Positions 62,713-64,000 of a DNA stretch of 64,000 bases are shown piece after piece. Numbering within the stretch: the stretch's first letter is position 1; each line of letters starts with the position of its first letter. The stretch covers positions 62,001 through 126,000 of the forward strand of contig QPMI01000474.1 in NCBI GenBank assembly GCA_004431415.1, in the 5' to 3' direction. The translations under genes and the position numbers were made by a program. The notes beneath the pieces were generated by a model. The model saw only the letters and a program-made list of their open reading frames with translations. It was not told the origin of the DNA and searched no databases. This DNA is from Cyanophora paradoxa CCMP329 (Eukaryota; Plantae; Glaucophyta).

Positions 62713-64000
62713 TCATTTTTCTTTAAATGCCTTACGAAATGGTAACAATCTATAAATTAATTCTGCGTAAACCATCTTTGTCACAATAATAAAGCTATGC
62801 ATGAGAGCGCGAACATTAACATCGATTACCTTATCTGAAGGCATGTAGAGGGTGAGGAATGAAGAGGAGGAATTTGTTAAATCAACATAACCAGACTGGG
62901 CAATATTTCGAATTGCCTTTTCTCCATCAAGGCAGAAGGATCCTGAAAGGACATAGCGATCAGCAACCTTATCCATGTTAGAGCATTTGAAGGCATCAGC
63001 AATTAGCTCAGCACCTTTGAGTAGGGAAATTGGCTCAGTGGCAAAAAGTCGCTGACCATTTATTTCAGTTGTGAATGTTATCTTTGGAGTTGGCATAGGT
63101 CTTAAGAACACTGTGGGAGCCATTGGATTTGTCAACAGTTGCATTATCACGAACTGAAACAAGCAGAGCATATACAAGACCTGAGATTTGAGAGAGGTTA
63201 ATTCGATTGGGTTGGGCATTGCCCTTGGCAGGGAAAGCACTAGCATCTACAAATCCAATATCAAGGGAGGGAATAGCCATGCCAGTAGTCTTAACTTTTT
63301 CAATTACAGTAGCGAAAAGCTCATCAGAAACATTAATAGCATGCATGTAAAGGCGAGGAGAAGTAATAGAAATACAGGGTTGTTGCACCAAGAGTAAAGT
63401 TGTGATGTTTTGACCAACATTTGCAGAACAGTTTCAGCAGGGGCAGTTCCAAGACCATCATCTTTGAATAATCTACATCAGCTGCTGCAACAGTAAGACC
63501 ACGACCACCATAGGAAGTTTCAACATAACCCTTTCCAGCATCCTTAAACCAAACAGTAACAACCATTTCACCAGATAAAGCACCAAGGGGAAGGTAGTGA
63601 TTTAGCCAAGGCACTGGATTTCAACAAAAATGAGCCACCAAGTCGGTTGGTTCCATGAGCAGGGATGCCATGAACCATGCCCATTGATCGTTTCTTTTTA
63701 GCTAGTTGATCCTCCGAATAATAGACCAGGGGGAAATGAGCAAGGAAATCAGATGGATGTAGGTGTAAGATCCATAGGTAATTTCAAGTCGCTGAACTAA
63801 AGCACCAACTGGGCGAGTGTATCCATTGCGAACTAGGTCAGTATCACCAGCAAAAGTGATGGCTGGAAGGTCGAAAGCAAGTTCGAGTTTTCCACAGAAA
63901 TTGTAGCGAGGTAGCTTGAAGGAAATGCGATTTCCAACATTATTCTCAAAAGTATTGCTGGGATTCACAACAACTAGAACTGGCTTAGACTTGGATTCGA
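62713..64000 (-). CDS. Probable double-jelly-roll major capsid protein (PLV type); 5' end outside the window, frameshifted
   Basis: Beta-rich ORF pieces ISFKLPRY..LELAFDLP, LVQRLEITYG, YLPLGAL, INLSQISG, SFCLD..GYVDLT; over 420 codons; next to the packaging ATPase. Fold is inferred. Confidence 0.65.

Larger units (their letters stand above)
46119..64000. mobile_element. Endogenous Polinton-like virus (integrase + pPolB + primase-helicase + packaging ATPase + capsid); right end outside the window
   Basis: Abrupt switch from GC-rich to AT-rich; intronless, densely packed ORFs with hallmark motifs; structured non-coding left end. Confidence 0.93.

Noticed and set aside
46119-64000. Bacterial or phage contamination as the source of the AT-rich block
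   Set aside because: The gene set is Polinton/PLV-type and the junction falls exactly at a structured terminus; a chimeric join still needs excluding with reads.

Overview
Two sharply different compartments. Bases 1-46118 are very GC-rich, intron-dense eukaryotic (protist/algal-type) host DNA. Host genes: an ADCY10-like soluble adenylyl cyclase with a STAND P-loop, two F-box/LRR-type genes, a prostaglandin-reductase-like oxidoreductase, a DUF4062-NTPase-TPR gene, an importin-alpha-like ARM gene, a Venus-flytrap/Cys-rich/multipass receptor and a LamG-domain gene. The host part also has four MITEs, non-LTR retroposon remnants and many GC-AG introns. From about 46119 to the window end lies an AT-rich, intronless endogenous Polinton-like virus (PLV/Maverick-type) inserted into a coding exon of the LamG gene. 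It encodes an rve integrase, a protein-primed PolB (vOTU, C2H2 and endonuclease-VII domains, but an apparently degenerate proofreading exonuclease), a primase/SF3 helicase, an A32-like packaging ATPase, a DUF723/Vsr-like endonuclease and a probable double-jelly-roll capsid protein. Its left end has a 30-bp fold-back, iteron-bearing hairpins that recur after the helicase gene, and a ~2.92-kb tandem duplication with a palindromic junction. Most viral ORFs are broken by single-base indels, which may be long-read errors. Host gene boundaries are approximate because they were spliced by eye. All family calls come from motif recognition, not database searches.
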